The notes under the pieces were generated by a model. That model did not search any database. It was not told the DNA's origin and saw nothing but the letters and a program-made list of their open reading frames with translations. Below are positions 8,935 to 17,497 of a stretch of 64,000 nucleotides of DNA, one piece after another. The DNA is taken from assembly GCA_945903705.1 (NCBI GenBank), contig CAMDOZ010000003.1, positions 642-64,641 of the forward strand. The letters are read 5' to 3'. Each line of letters begins with the position of its first letter. The stretch's first letter is position 1. Both the position numbers and the translations under genes were made by a program. Source of the DNA: Fidelibacterota bacterium. GTDB lineage: Bacteria > Pseudomonadota > Alphaproteobacteria > Rhodospirillales > Rhodospirillaceae.

Positions 8935-9453
8935 GTGGATCGTATTCTGACGCAGATCTTGGAGAGGCTTGGCGCTCTTCGGCCCTACGCGACCCATCTC
9001 GGCGCGTTGGGAATCGCCATTCTTTTCGGTTTGATCGTCGCGGTATTTAAGGTTTCGGGCAGCCCTCCTGCCGTGGACACGGCTGACCGCTGGCCGTTTC
9101 CGCAATGGGCGCCATTCCGCGCGGGCCCGCAGCGGGAAGTGCTCGCGCGGAGCACCCTATGGGCAGAAGATCCGACAAAAGCAAAAGTGGTCGTCGAAAA
9201 GAAAGTGGAAGGGCCGCCTTGGCGCTTCATCGGTACTTTTCAGGAAGGCGATACACGCATGGCAGTCATCGAACTTGATCAGGGAAAGCGCATTCAGCGC
9301 GTTGGCCCCGGTCAACCGCTGCCGAACGGCGCGTTGATCAAGACGATCGACACGAGTGTCCTCACCTATGACGAGAATGGCATCGAAAAGGCCCTGAAGC
9401 TCTTCGGCCTGACAAAAACTGACAACCTAGCGGCTGGAACTGGAAAGAACTGA
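8935..9453 (+). CDS. GspC/PilP-like secretin-interacting protein (TM anchor plus HR-type beta domain)
   Basis: GTG start. TM segment LGALGIAILFGLIVAVF. C-terminal WRFIGTFQEGDTRMAVIELDQGKRIQRVGPGQPLPNGALIKTIDTSVLTY resembles the GspC HR / PilP fold pattern. Lies immediately upstream of the secretin. Confidence 0.55.
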   Translation: MDRILTQILERLGALRPYATHLGALGIAILFGLIVAVFKVSGSPPAVDTADRWPFPQWAPFRAGPQREVLARSTLWAEDPTKAKVVVEKKVEGPPWRFIGTFQEGDTRMAVIELDQGKRIQRVGPGQPLPNGALIKTIDTSVLTYDENGIEKALKLFGLTKTDNLAAGTGKN

Positions 9454-9457
9454 GCGT

Positions 9458-11593
9458 ATGAAAAAATCATCGCAGAAGCGTCAACTGCTTACCGCTTGCC
9501 TCGCGATCGGAGGAGCCATGGTAATTCTGGCGAGCTGCTCGTCCCGGGTACCTTCGAGAATACCGCCTCCGTTGCCCGTGCCAAAGGCCGCCGATAGGGC
9601 CGGATTTACTGTTGCTGAAGGATCGGGGGAAACCGCGGGCCCCACGGAGATGAAAGTGACGGCTGGGCCTACGGTTCCACTCGGCAAGGGGACGACCGAG
9701 CCACTACTTTCCTCGGCCCTCCCTCACCTCACGGGTGAACCGATCAGTGTCAACTTCGACGGCATTCGCCTGCCCGCCTTCATCAATACTGTATTCGGCG
9801 AACTCTTAAAGCTTACCTTCGAAATCGACAGCACCGTGGCGGCGCGCGATCAAATGGTGACTCTGCGTACGGCCGGACCGCCCCTGTCACGCGACGAATT
9901 CTTTGGTCTCGTAGCCGAAGTTCTCAAGAACTACGGCATCAGCATCGTTTATTCGAACAACGTGTATCGGATCGTGGAGTCCGCAACCGTCAAGAAACCA
10001 ATTCCGCGTATCGTACGCACGCGCACGGCGTCGAATGTGCCGGCTGACTTGCGCCCGATATTCTATTTCCAGACCGTGCGAGCCATTTCAACCCAAACGA
10101 TGATGAGCTGGCTAAACCTGATCATGGGCGATCGGGTTACGCCGATGCCCTTGCTGGGCGCCAGCGGAATTGTACTGCTGGGGAGCCCGTCGGACGTGGA
10201 GGCGGCGATAGAAGTCATGGAAACGCTCGATCAGCCGTTTCTGGCCGGCAGCCAAAGTCTCAAAATTTCGCCGGCGTTCTGGAGCGCGCAGAAACTTGCA
10301 GAGCAACTCGCGAGTATTTTGACGGCGGAGGGTTATAGCATCGCGTTGGGTGGGCAGGCGGCGAGCTCGATCAAGATGCTCCCCGTCGAGGCCTTGAACG
10401 TCATCATCGTCTTCGGAACGTCCTCTGAAAGCCTGCAACATCTCTTGCAGTGGGCCACCGAACTCGATCAGCCAAGTCAAAAAATCGGGACCCAAGGCGT
10501 CTACTATCACCAAGTCCTCAACACGAAGGCGTCGGAAATCGCGACCACGGTCGGCTCAGTCCTGGGCGTGGGCGGCATAGGCGGCGCCCAGCAGCCGGCC
10601 AGCGGCGGAGTGACCTTGGCGACTGACTTACCTGCGACCGCACAACCAACGACGGCCACAGGAGGCGCGCGGGGCTCGCAGCGCCTTATCGTCGATGAGC
10701 CTCGCAACGGGATCCTCTTCGTCGGTACCGCCGAAGAGTTCGCGCAGTTCAAGGCACTTGCCGTCCAAATGGATCGAGCGCCCTTGGAAGTCCTGATCGA
10801 AGCGACGATAGCCGAAGTGACGCTGAGAGACAGTGAAGATCTTGGCATCGTACTGGACTATGACGACGGAAGAGCCACAGCGCCGAATCGAACCGTCGTT
10901 CAAGCCGACGAAGGCGGCATATTCTTCAGCCTCATCCGCGACCGCGCGTCCATCCTGGCCCGCGTCAACGCCCTCGCCGACTTCAATCGCCTCCAGGTCC
11001 TGTCGAGCCCGCGCATCGTCACGAGTAGCGGCAAGCAAGCCGCCATCAACGTGGGAACGCAGGTCCCCATTATCACGGCCCAGGAATCCTCGAGTGGTAC
11101 GGTTGGCGGCAATACGTCGATTCTGCAGTCGATTCAGTACCGGACAACCGGCGTGTCCCTCAGTATCGAGCCCACCATCAATTCGAACCGGCGGGTCGAG
11201 CTGACGGTGCAGCAGGAGGTGAGCGCCGCGCAGGAAAACAACCTGTCGTCCGTCCAGAGTCCGGTGATCATCAACCGTTCGATCAGCACATCGTTATCGC
11301 TGAACGACGGTGAAACCGTCCTGCTGGGCGGCATGATTTCAGAGAACTTCAGCGCAGGCCATACAGGAGTTCCATATTTGAAGGACATCCCACTGCTCGG
11401 CAATCTGTTCAAGTCGGGTTCGGAATCTGTCAATCGAACGGAATTGATCGTTCTGATTACGCCTTATATTATCGACGGACCCGAAGGAGCGCGGCAAGTA
11501 CGCGACGCCTTCCGCGGCAAACTTGGTGAATGGGCGCAACCGCTGGCCGAACCGGCGCCGGCCGCGGTCCCCGTCGCTTCACCTCAACAATAG
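9458..11593 (+). CDS. gspD: Type II secretion secretin GspD with a lipoprotein signal peptide (liposecretin-like)
   Basis: 711 aa with N0/N1-type domains. Secretin signature: VPYLKDIPLLGNLFK, RTELIVLITPYII. N-terminal lipobox ILAS-C at about residues 23-27. Confidence 0.92.
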   Translation: MKKSSQKRQLLTACLAIGGAMVILASCSSRVPSRIPPPLPVPKAADRAGFTVAEGSGETAGPTEMKVTAGPTVPLGKGTTEPLLSSALPHLTGEPISVNFDGIRLPAFINTVFGELLKLTFEIDSTVAARDQMVTLRTAGPPLSRDEFFGLVAEVLKNYGISIVYSNNVYRIVESATVKKPIPRIVRTRTASNVPADLRPIFYFQTVRAISTQTMMSWLNLIMGDRVTPMPLLGASGIVLLGSPSDVEAAIEVMETLDQPFLAGSQSLKISPAFWSAQKLAEQLASILTAEGYSIALGGQAASSIKMLPVEALNVIIVFGTSSESLQHLLQWATELDQPSQKIGTQGVYYHQVLNTKASEIATTVGSVLGVGGIGGAQQPASGGVTLATDLPATAQPTTATGGARGSQRLIVDEPRNGILFVGTAEEFAQFKALAVQMDRAPLEVLIEATIAEVTLRDSEDLGIVLDYDDGRATAPNRTVVQADEGGIFFSLIRDRASILARVNALADFNRLQVLSSPRIVTSSGKQAAINVGTQVPIITAQESSSGTVGGNTSILQSIQYRTTGVSLSIEPTINSNRRVELTVQQEVSAAQENNLSSVQSPVIINRSISTSLSLNDGETVLLGGMISENFSAGHTGVPYLKDIPLLGNLFKSGSESVNRTELIVLITPYIIDGPEGARQVRDAFRGKLGEWAQPLAEPAPAAVPVASPQQ

Positions 11594-11600
11594 GTTACAG

Positions 11601-12686
11601 ATGTTGAATTTACTTTCTCGCACGCTTCTTGCATTCGCCTTGCTTGTCGTATCCGCGGCTCATGGAGCGGAAGTCGCCCCGTTGCCGCGATTTACGCCAG
11701 ACGATGTGGAACAACTCACCATCGCCCAGCTGGACACGCGCACCGCAACGGGAGATTTGAAGGCCCAAGCCGAGCTTGGAGCGCGCTACGCGCGCGGCGC
11801 CGGGGTCACGGTCGACCTAAAGAAGGCGGTGTCGCTGTTCGAAGCTGGCGCAAAGAGAAACGGAGCGAACGCGCAATACTATCTTGGCACGGCCTACTCT
11901 ATGGGCGTCGGCGTGAAGCAGGATCCGAAGCAAGCGGCACGGTGGTTTGGGAAAGCCGCCGCGCAAGGGCATGCCGGCGCGCAATACTCGCTCGGCGTCA
12001 TGATGGCTACGGGAGAAGGCGGCCTTAAGGCCGACCCCAAGAAAGCGGCTGATCACGTCCTGAAGTCCGCCGAACAGGGTTTCGTCCTGGCCGCCTTCAG
12101 GATGGCTCAGCTTCATATAGCGGGCTTGGGAGTCGCACGAGACACTGAACGAGCGGCCGATTGGTATCGGCGCATCCTCAAGACCCAAGACCACCCTCCC
12201 TCGACCGCCGGCCTCGTCGTCCTCATCGAAACGAGAGAGGCGACATGGCAGCCTGGGGATCCCATTAACCAGCCCCCACCCTTGGCTAAGGAGGAGGCTC
12301 CCGCACAGGTCGCCGAAATCGCGCCCCCCGTTATGACGGGGCCCATCACGGCGGCTGCCCCCGACACGACCTTAAGTCTCTTGCCCGACGAGCAGGAGAC
12401 CATGACGTCATTCAAGACAGAACAAGGGCCGACGATCGAGGCGAGGACGAGAGCGGGCGCCCTTACGCTTTTCAGCACCTCGGACAAACCGCTTTCTTGC
12501 CAGATCGGCGTCACGTTCAGTTACCTTGAGAAGGACGGCGTGAGAACGCCGGGCACTTTCCTCTGCTTTCAGGCGGCCATGCGGGTCGGCCAGAAGGTGC
12601 AGGTTTGCGACGTCGTGAATCGCAACTTCGTGCAAACAAAAGTCGAAAAGATTGAGCTCACGAAATGCAGCACGCTCACGCCGTAA
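11601..12686 (+). CDS. Secreted Sel1-repeat (TPR-like) protein with a C-terminal domain of unknown family
   Basis: Signal peptide MLNLLSRTLLAFALLVVSAAHGA. At least four Sel1-type repeats (AQAELGARYARGAGV, AQYYLGTAYSMGVGV, AQYSLGVMMATGEGG, AAFRMAQLHIAGLGV). Starts 8 nt after the gspD stop. Confidence 0.85.
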   Translation: MLNLLSRTLLAFALLVVSAAHGAEVAPLPRFTPDDVEQLTIAQLDTRTATGDLKAQAELGARYARGAGVTVDLKKAVSLFEAGAKRNGANAQYYLGTAYSMGVGVKQDPKQAARWFGKAAAQGHAGAQYSLGVMMATGEGGLKADPKKAADHVLKSAEQGFVLAAFRMAQLHIAGLGVARDTERAADWYRRILKTQDHPPSTAGLVVLIETREATWQPGDPINQPPPLAKEEAPAQVAEIAPPVMTGPITAAAPDTTLSLLPDEQETMTSFKTEQGPTIEARTRAGALTLFSTSDKPLSCQIGVTFSYLEKDGVRTPGTFLCFQAAMRVGQKVQVCDVVNRNFVQTKVEKIELTKCSTLTP

Positions 12687-12706
12687 CGACTTCTGCGATT
12701 TGACCG

Positions 12707-12937
12707 ATGTCCAACCAATTGATCATCACACTGCTGGTGCTCGCGGCCGAAGTCGGATTGTTCGTACTTTGCGTCATTGTTTCACGCAGGCCGATTGATC
12801 CGCTGAAACCGCGATTGATCCCCTACAACATCATCATGATCTTTCTCGCAGTCGCGATCTTCGCGACTGCGGCCCACGTCATCAGCCTCTTGACCGGTCA
12901 GCAGTTGATGCCGCGTCAGCGCAAAGGGATGCGTTAG
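12707..12937 (+). CDS. Small two-TM membrane protein, unknown function
   Basis: 76 aa with two hydrophobic helices and a basic C-terminus. Followed by a long hairpin. Confidence 0.55.
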   Translation: MSNQLIITLLVLAAEVGLFVLCVIVSRRPIDPLKPRLIPYNIIMIFLAVAIFATAAHVISLLTGQQLMPRQRKGMR

Positions 12938-12950
12938 CCGAGCGATTCCC

Positions 12951-12997
12951 GGCACACGATCGGATCGGATTGAATCAATCCGATCCGACCGTGTGCC
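12951..12997. terminator. Long near-perfect palindrome (22-nt arms, 1 mismatch); probable terminator of the gsp-side transcription unit
   Basis: GGCACACGATCGGATCGGATTG / AAT loop / CAATCCGATCCGACCGTGTGCC, followed by GTTTTAG. Confidence 0.55.
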
Positions 12998-13126
12998 GTT
13001 TTAGATAATTAGGGCGCGATTTAACGAAAAACCGCTGCACACTTCCCGCCTTCGCTAAAGCTTCGGCGGGCCTTGAGTACATAGGTCCTCCGAAGCCGCA
13101 AGGCGAAGGAGGATTGCTATCGCGCC

Positions 13127-13738
13127 CTATCGTACTGGGACATTGGGTTGGACGGATTTCGTAGCTGTGGTCCACCCCATGGCCGTATCGAGAATGGCGT
13201 GCAAGACGGCCTGGTGCCCGGTTTCGACAAAGCCGTAAACCGCCGAATTGACGAAGAAGTTCACATCACCCAGCCGGCGAAGATCATTGTCCGGAGAAAA
13301 GCCGCTGAGCGTGATCACTTCGCACTTGAGGTTCGCCGCGGCGCGAGCGGCGTTCAGGATGTTCTTCGATCCGCCGGAGCTCGAGATCGCGATGAGCACG
13401 TCGCCGGCGAAAGCCTGCATCTCAACCTGCTTGGCAAAGACCTGATCGTATCCCAGATCGTTGCCAAGGCACGTCAACGACGAGGCGTCGTTGAATGTCA
13501 CGGCGCGGACGCCGCCGTTCTTCGCAAAATCGATCGCAAGGTGTCCTGCTATCCCGGCCGAGCCGCCATTGCCCACGAACATCACCTTGCCCGTGCCCCT
13601 CGCGACACGTCGCATGGAGTCGTGCACGCGCACGATACCGGCGTCCACGGCAAGTGCCGCGCCCTGCCGATCGGTCACAGTGACGGACTTCAGCGTGTCG
13701 AAGAAAGTTTGTACGTAATCGGCATAAGAATTTGACAT
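13127..13738 (-). CDS. gmhA: SIS-domain sugar-phosphate isomerase, GmhA (sedoheptulose-7-phosphate isomerase) family
   Basis: Motifs KVMFVGNGGSAGIAGHLAIDF and DVLIAISSSGGSKNIL are typical of the GmhA/DiaA SIS family. About 203 aa. Confidence 0.8.
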   Translation of the reverse strand: MSNSYADYVQTFFDTLKSVTVTDRQGAALAVDAGIVRVHDSMRRVARGTGKVMFVGNGGSAGIAGHLAIDFAKNGGVRAVTFNDASSLTCLGNDLGYDQVFAKQVEMQAFAGDVLIAISSSGGSKNILNAARAAANLKCEVITLSGFSPDNDLRRLGDVNFFVNSAVYGFVETGHQAVLHAILDTAMGWTTATKSVQPNVPVR

Positions 13739-13953
13739 GTGATCATCGAGCCTTTGCAACCCAATATATAATCTTCACGTAGGCCGTTTAACAAGTTATG
13801 AGCGCGCCGATGCCCGGCCGACCACCGCAATATCGTGTGGGGCACGGGCTTGTGATAGGCACACCCTGCGCTCCCAGCGCCATCCATGGCCATTTGGCAA
13901 GGCTGGTTTTGGCGCGGTATAGTCCATTGGTAATAACGTAACTTCGATTGGCC

Positions 13954-14346
13954 ATGTACGAAAAAGTAACGCGCGACATTTCGGTATCGGTGAGGTCCTT
14001 CTACCTTGAGGAACAGTCCTCGCCTGACGAGGATCACTTTGTATGGGCCTACAAGGTCAATATCCAGAACCGCGGCAACGATACGGTCCAGCTACTGAAT
14101 CGTCACTGGCGGATTACCGATAAGCTCGGGCGCCTTCAGGAGGTGCGCGGCGCCGGTGTCGTAGGAGAACAGCCCGTTCTGAAACCAGGTGAATCCTTCG
14201 AATATACCAGTGGCTGCCCGCTCGAGACTCCCTCCGGCATCATGGCGGGCTCGTATCAAATGTCGACGGCCAGCGGCGAGCGTTTTGAGATTGAAATTCC
14301 TGCTTTTTCCCTCGACAGCCCCTATGATAACGCCGCGATAAATTAG
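13954..14346 (+). CDS. apaG: ApaG (DUF525) protein
   Basis: FVWAYKVNIQNRGNDTVQLLNRHWRITD...GEQPVLKPGESFEYTSGCPLETPSGIMAGSYQM matches the ApaG family pattern. Confidence 0.9.
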   Translation: MYEKVTRDISVSVRSFYLEEQSSPDEDHFVWAYKVNIQNRGNDTVQLLNRHWRITDKLGRLQEVRGAGVVGEQPVLKPGESFEYTSGCPLETPSGIMAGSYQMSTASGERFEIEIPAFSLDSPYDNAAIN

Positions 14347-14382
14347 AGCACTTGCTATCGTCGGCGGTGTAAGGATGCGGAA

Positions 14383-15009
14383 ATGACAAACCTACGTAAA
14401 TCGAGTGCCGGCGACGCCACCACCGTAAGCGGCAAGCAGGACCAACCCTCCCGCGCCGAAGCGGAAGCTGCCGTGCGCACGCTCATCCGCTGGGCCGGCG
14501 ATGACCCCACCCGCGAGGGTCTCCAAAAGACGCCGGAGCGAGTCGTGAAATCCTACGAGGAGTTTTTCGAAGGTTACCGGCAAGACCCCGAAGAAATCCT
14601 ACGCACGACATTCGAGGAAACCGAGGGCTACGACGAGATGGTCGTCCTCAAGGACATCGACTTCCACAGCCACTGCGAGCACCACATGGTGCCGATCGTC
14701 GGGAAGGCTTACGTCGCTTATCTACCGGACAAGCGCGTCATCGGCATTTCGAAGCTGGCACGCGTGGTGGAAGCTTACGCAAGGCGCCTGCAAATTCAGG
14801 AAAAGATGACGGCGCAGATCGCGAACGCGATCAATGACGTCTTGAAGCCGCGGGGCGTCGCCGTCATCGTCGAAGCGGAGCACCAGTGCATGACAACGCG
14901 GGGTGTACACAAGCCCGGCGTCTCGATGGTGACCTCGACGATGCTCGGCGCCTTCCGCGACGACGCGCTGACCCGGCGCGAGTTCCTGGCGATCGTGGGC
15001 CGGACCTAA
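14383..15009 (+). CDS. folE: GTP cyclohydrolase I
   Basis: Signature [44 protein letters not shown]. Confidence 0.95.
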   Translation: MTNLRKSSAGDATTVSGKQDQPSRAEAEAAVRTLIRWAGDDPTREGLQKTPERVVKSYEEFFEGYRQDPEEILRTTFEETEGYDEMVVLKDIDFHSHCEHHMVPIVGKAYVAYLPDKRVIGISKLARVVEAYARRLQIQEKMTAQIANAINDVLKPRGVAVIVEAEHQCMTTRGVHKPGVSMVTSTMLGAFRDDALTRREFLAIVGRT

Positions 15010-15027
15010 CCCCTTCGGACCTGAGGC

Positions 15028-15612
15028 TCAGCCCCGGCCACGGACGATCGTCTGCTGAATCCGCGGTTGAAGCTCGCGGTCAAGATTGGCGAATGCCTTC
15101 TTGATCATTTCCAGAAACAGCGCCTGCTTCTCGGTATCGGTCGTACCTTCAGGCATGGTCGTCGAATGCATGGTCTTTGCTTCCGCGCTGCCCTGCTGCT
15201 GCCCATTCGCGTCGATGAGAGCAACCGAGATTTCGAGATTCGCCGTATATTCGGCCGACTGATCCTTGCGGAACCATCCGGCGATGCCCTTCTTCACGGG
15301 CAGAAGCATTTCGACGATGTCCGCTTCGCGGACAGTGACGCGGAGCGTGTTCTCGCCCGCGCCGGTCAGCACGAAGTGACTGCGCGCCCACATATTCACC
15401 GCTTGCTCGAAAGAAACCGGCGAGCGATGCGCCATGTGCGGGTATTCGCTCGGCGGCTGCCTTTGCATTTCGACCACCAATTTGTTGGCGTCGATCGTGG
15501 TCGGCGCGACATCTTGAAACAACGCCGGGCTTTCGGCCTGCGCAACTGCTGTCAGCGGTGCCACTGTCAGAAGGGCCGTGACGGCGATAGCGGACAAGAT
15601 CAACCGTTTCAT
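15028..15612 (-). CDS. Exported protein of unknown function
   Basis: Signal peptide [30 protein letters not shown] start/stop coupling to hslO upstream. Confidence 0.7.
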   Translation of the reverse strand: MKRLILSAIAVTALLTVAPLTAVAQAESPALFQDVAPTTIDANKLVVEMQRQPPSEYPHMAHRSPVSFEQAVNMWARSHFVLTGAGENTLRVTVREADIVEMLLPVKKGIAGWFRKDQSAEYTANLEISVALIDANGQQQGSAEAKTMHSTTMPEGTTDTEKQALFLEMIKKAFANLDRELQPRIQQTIVRGRG

Positions 15613-16586
15613 TCATTCACCGCGGGGGCTTGAGAGCGGTGCTGCCGAGACAGCGCCAGGAGCTCGTTTTCGGAGAACGCATAGTCGGTGCGACAGAACT
15701 CACAGACCATATGGACGATACCGTCCTGCGCGTAGGACCTCACTTCTTCTACCGGAAATGAGGCAAGAATACGGGCGCTGCGCTCGCGCGAGCAACGGCA
15801 CTTCGCGACCACGGGGCGCCGGTCCAGGAGACGGAGGCCGACGGTGGTGTAGAGCCGCTTAACCAATTGAGCGGGGGTCAGCGACAGGTCGAGGAGCTCG
15901 GAATCCTTAAGGCTCCCAAGGAGGATAACGGCCGTACGCCAGGCGTCTTCCGCCTCCTCGCGGTCGATGATCCGGCCACCGTCCTCCGGCATACGCTGGA
16001 TCAGCACCGCGCCGGCGGTCCAAGGGCCCCCGTTCCGGGGCGCGCCGACGGCAATCTTCAGGGCCGATTCGATCTGCTCCGACTGCCTGAAGTAGTTATG
16101 AATAGAGTCCGCAAGAGTTTCCCCCGTCAGTTCCACGATCCCTTGATAGCGCTCCGTGTCGGAACCCTGGTCGACCGTAAAGCCGAGATGGCCCGACGAT
16201 CCCAGGTACTGGGGCGCCGATCCCGCGGGCCGCGGCTTGGCCGTTTCCGCCGCCAGCTTGTCGGGATCGAACTTGGCCCACGCGCGCAGCTCACCGGTGC
16301 TGGTTACATCGGTCACCAGAGTATGAACGGGCCCGGCGCTTTGGACCTGCAGAGTGAAGATGCCGTCGTACTTGAGCCCGTTCGCAAGCGCGACGGCCGC
16401 AACCATTGCTTCAGCCAACAGTGTAGAGACTTCGGGCGGATCGCCGTGCCGGGTCAGTATCTCGGAGACGGAACCGGTGAGACGTACGAGGCGTCCGCGA
16501 AAAGCGCCGTCGTTGATGATGAACGGCAGGCAAATGTCTTCGGCGTCGGGCGCGACCGCACCCGCGGCTGTCACGTGAGACACCAC
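15609..16586 (-). CDS. hslO: Hsp33 family redox-regulated chaperone
   Basis: C-terminal zinc/redox switch CRCSRE...CEFCRTDY and overall Hsp33 length. GTG start assumed. Confidence 0.9.
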   Translation of the reverse strand: MVSHVTAAGAVAPDAEDICLPFIINDGAFRGRLVRLTGSVSEILTRHGDPPEVSTLLAEAMVAAVALANGLKYDGIFTLQVQSAGPVHTLVTDVTSTGELRAWAKFDPDKLAAETAKPRPAGSAPQYLGSSGHLGFTVDQGSDTERYQGIVELTGETLADSIHNYFRQSEQIESALKIAVGAPRNGGPWTAGAVLIQRMPEDGGRIIDREEAEDAWRTAVILLGSLKDSELLDLSLTPAQLVKRLYTTVGLRLLDRRPVVAKCRCSRERSARILASFPVEEVRSYAQDGIVHMVCEFCRTDYAFSENELLALSRQHRSQAPAVNE

Positions 16587-17476
16587 AAGAGAACGCCCTT
16601 TTGCGCGTGAAGCCTATTTTCGGCTTCGTCCCAGACGGCCGATTGAGGGCTTTCGAGAACGCCTGCGGTCACCTCTTCGCCGCGATGAGCCGGGAGGCAG
16701 TGCATGAAGATGGCGTCGGGCTTTGCCGCTTTCATCAGACCTTCGTTCACCTGGAACGGTGCGAGCACGGCATGGCGGCCGCCCGCGGCATCGCCCATAG
16801 AGACCCATGTGTCGGTGACGATGCAGTCGGCACCTCGAACGGCGGCAATAGGATCCGTCCCCACGCTCACGCGCGCGCCCTTCCCTTTCGCCCATGCCAA
16901 TGCCTGAGGCGACGGGGCTAGGGAGGCTGGGCACGCGAGACGCAGTTCGAAGTCGAATAGGCAAGCAGCGTGAATCCAACTTGTTGCGACGTTGTTGCCG
17001 TCGCCCGACCACGCCACGACGGCGTTCTTGATCGGCCCCTTGCGTTCTTCATAAGTCATGACGTCGGCCATGATCTGGCAGGGGTGAGACTCGTCCGTCA
17101 GGCCATTGATAACGGGCACCGTGGAATAGCGCGCGAGCTCATGCAGTTTTTCCGGGCCCGACGTGCGAATCATGATTGCATCGACATAACGCGAGAGAAC
17201 CCGAGCCGTATCGGCGATAGTTTCGCCGCGGCCGAGTTGCATACTCTCTGGTGACAGCACCACGACTTGGCCGCCTAACTGTTGCATTCCAACCTGGAAT
17301 GAAACGCGCGTACGGGTGGAAGGTTTCTCGAACAACATGGCCAGCGTCTTGCCGACAAGGGGCTGGCCCGCAGCGCCCGACTTGCCTTGCGCCGACTTGA
17401 GCTTGGCCGCGCTTGCGAGGATCGCGCGGAGCGTTTCTGAATTGAGAAGGTGAAGGTCGAGGAAGTGTTTCAGCAT
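16571..17476 (-). CDS. argF: Ornithine carbamoyltransferase
   Basis: Motifs [29 protein letters not shown]. Confidence 0.95.
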   Translation of the reverse strand: MLKHFLDLHLLNSETLRAILASAAKLKSAQGKSGAAGQPLVGKTLAMLFEKPSTRTRVSFQVGMQQLGGQVVVLSPESMQLGRGETIADTARVLSRYVDAIMIRTSGPEKLHELARYSTVPVINGLTDESHPCQIMADVMTYEERKGPIKNAVVAWSGDGNNVATSWIHAACLFDFELRLACPASLAPSPQALAWAKGKGARVSVGTDPIAAVRGADCIVTDTWVSMGDAAGGRHAVLAPFQVNEGLMKAAKPDAIFMHCLPAHRGEEVTAGVLESPQSAVWDEAENRLHAQKGVLLWCLT

Positions 17477-17497
17477 GGAGCCCTCCGGGCCGACGAC

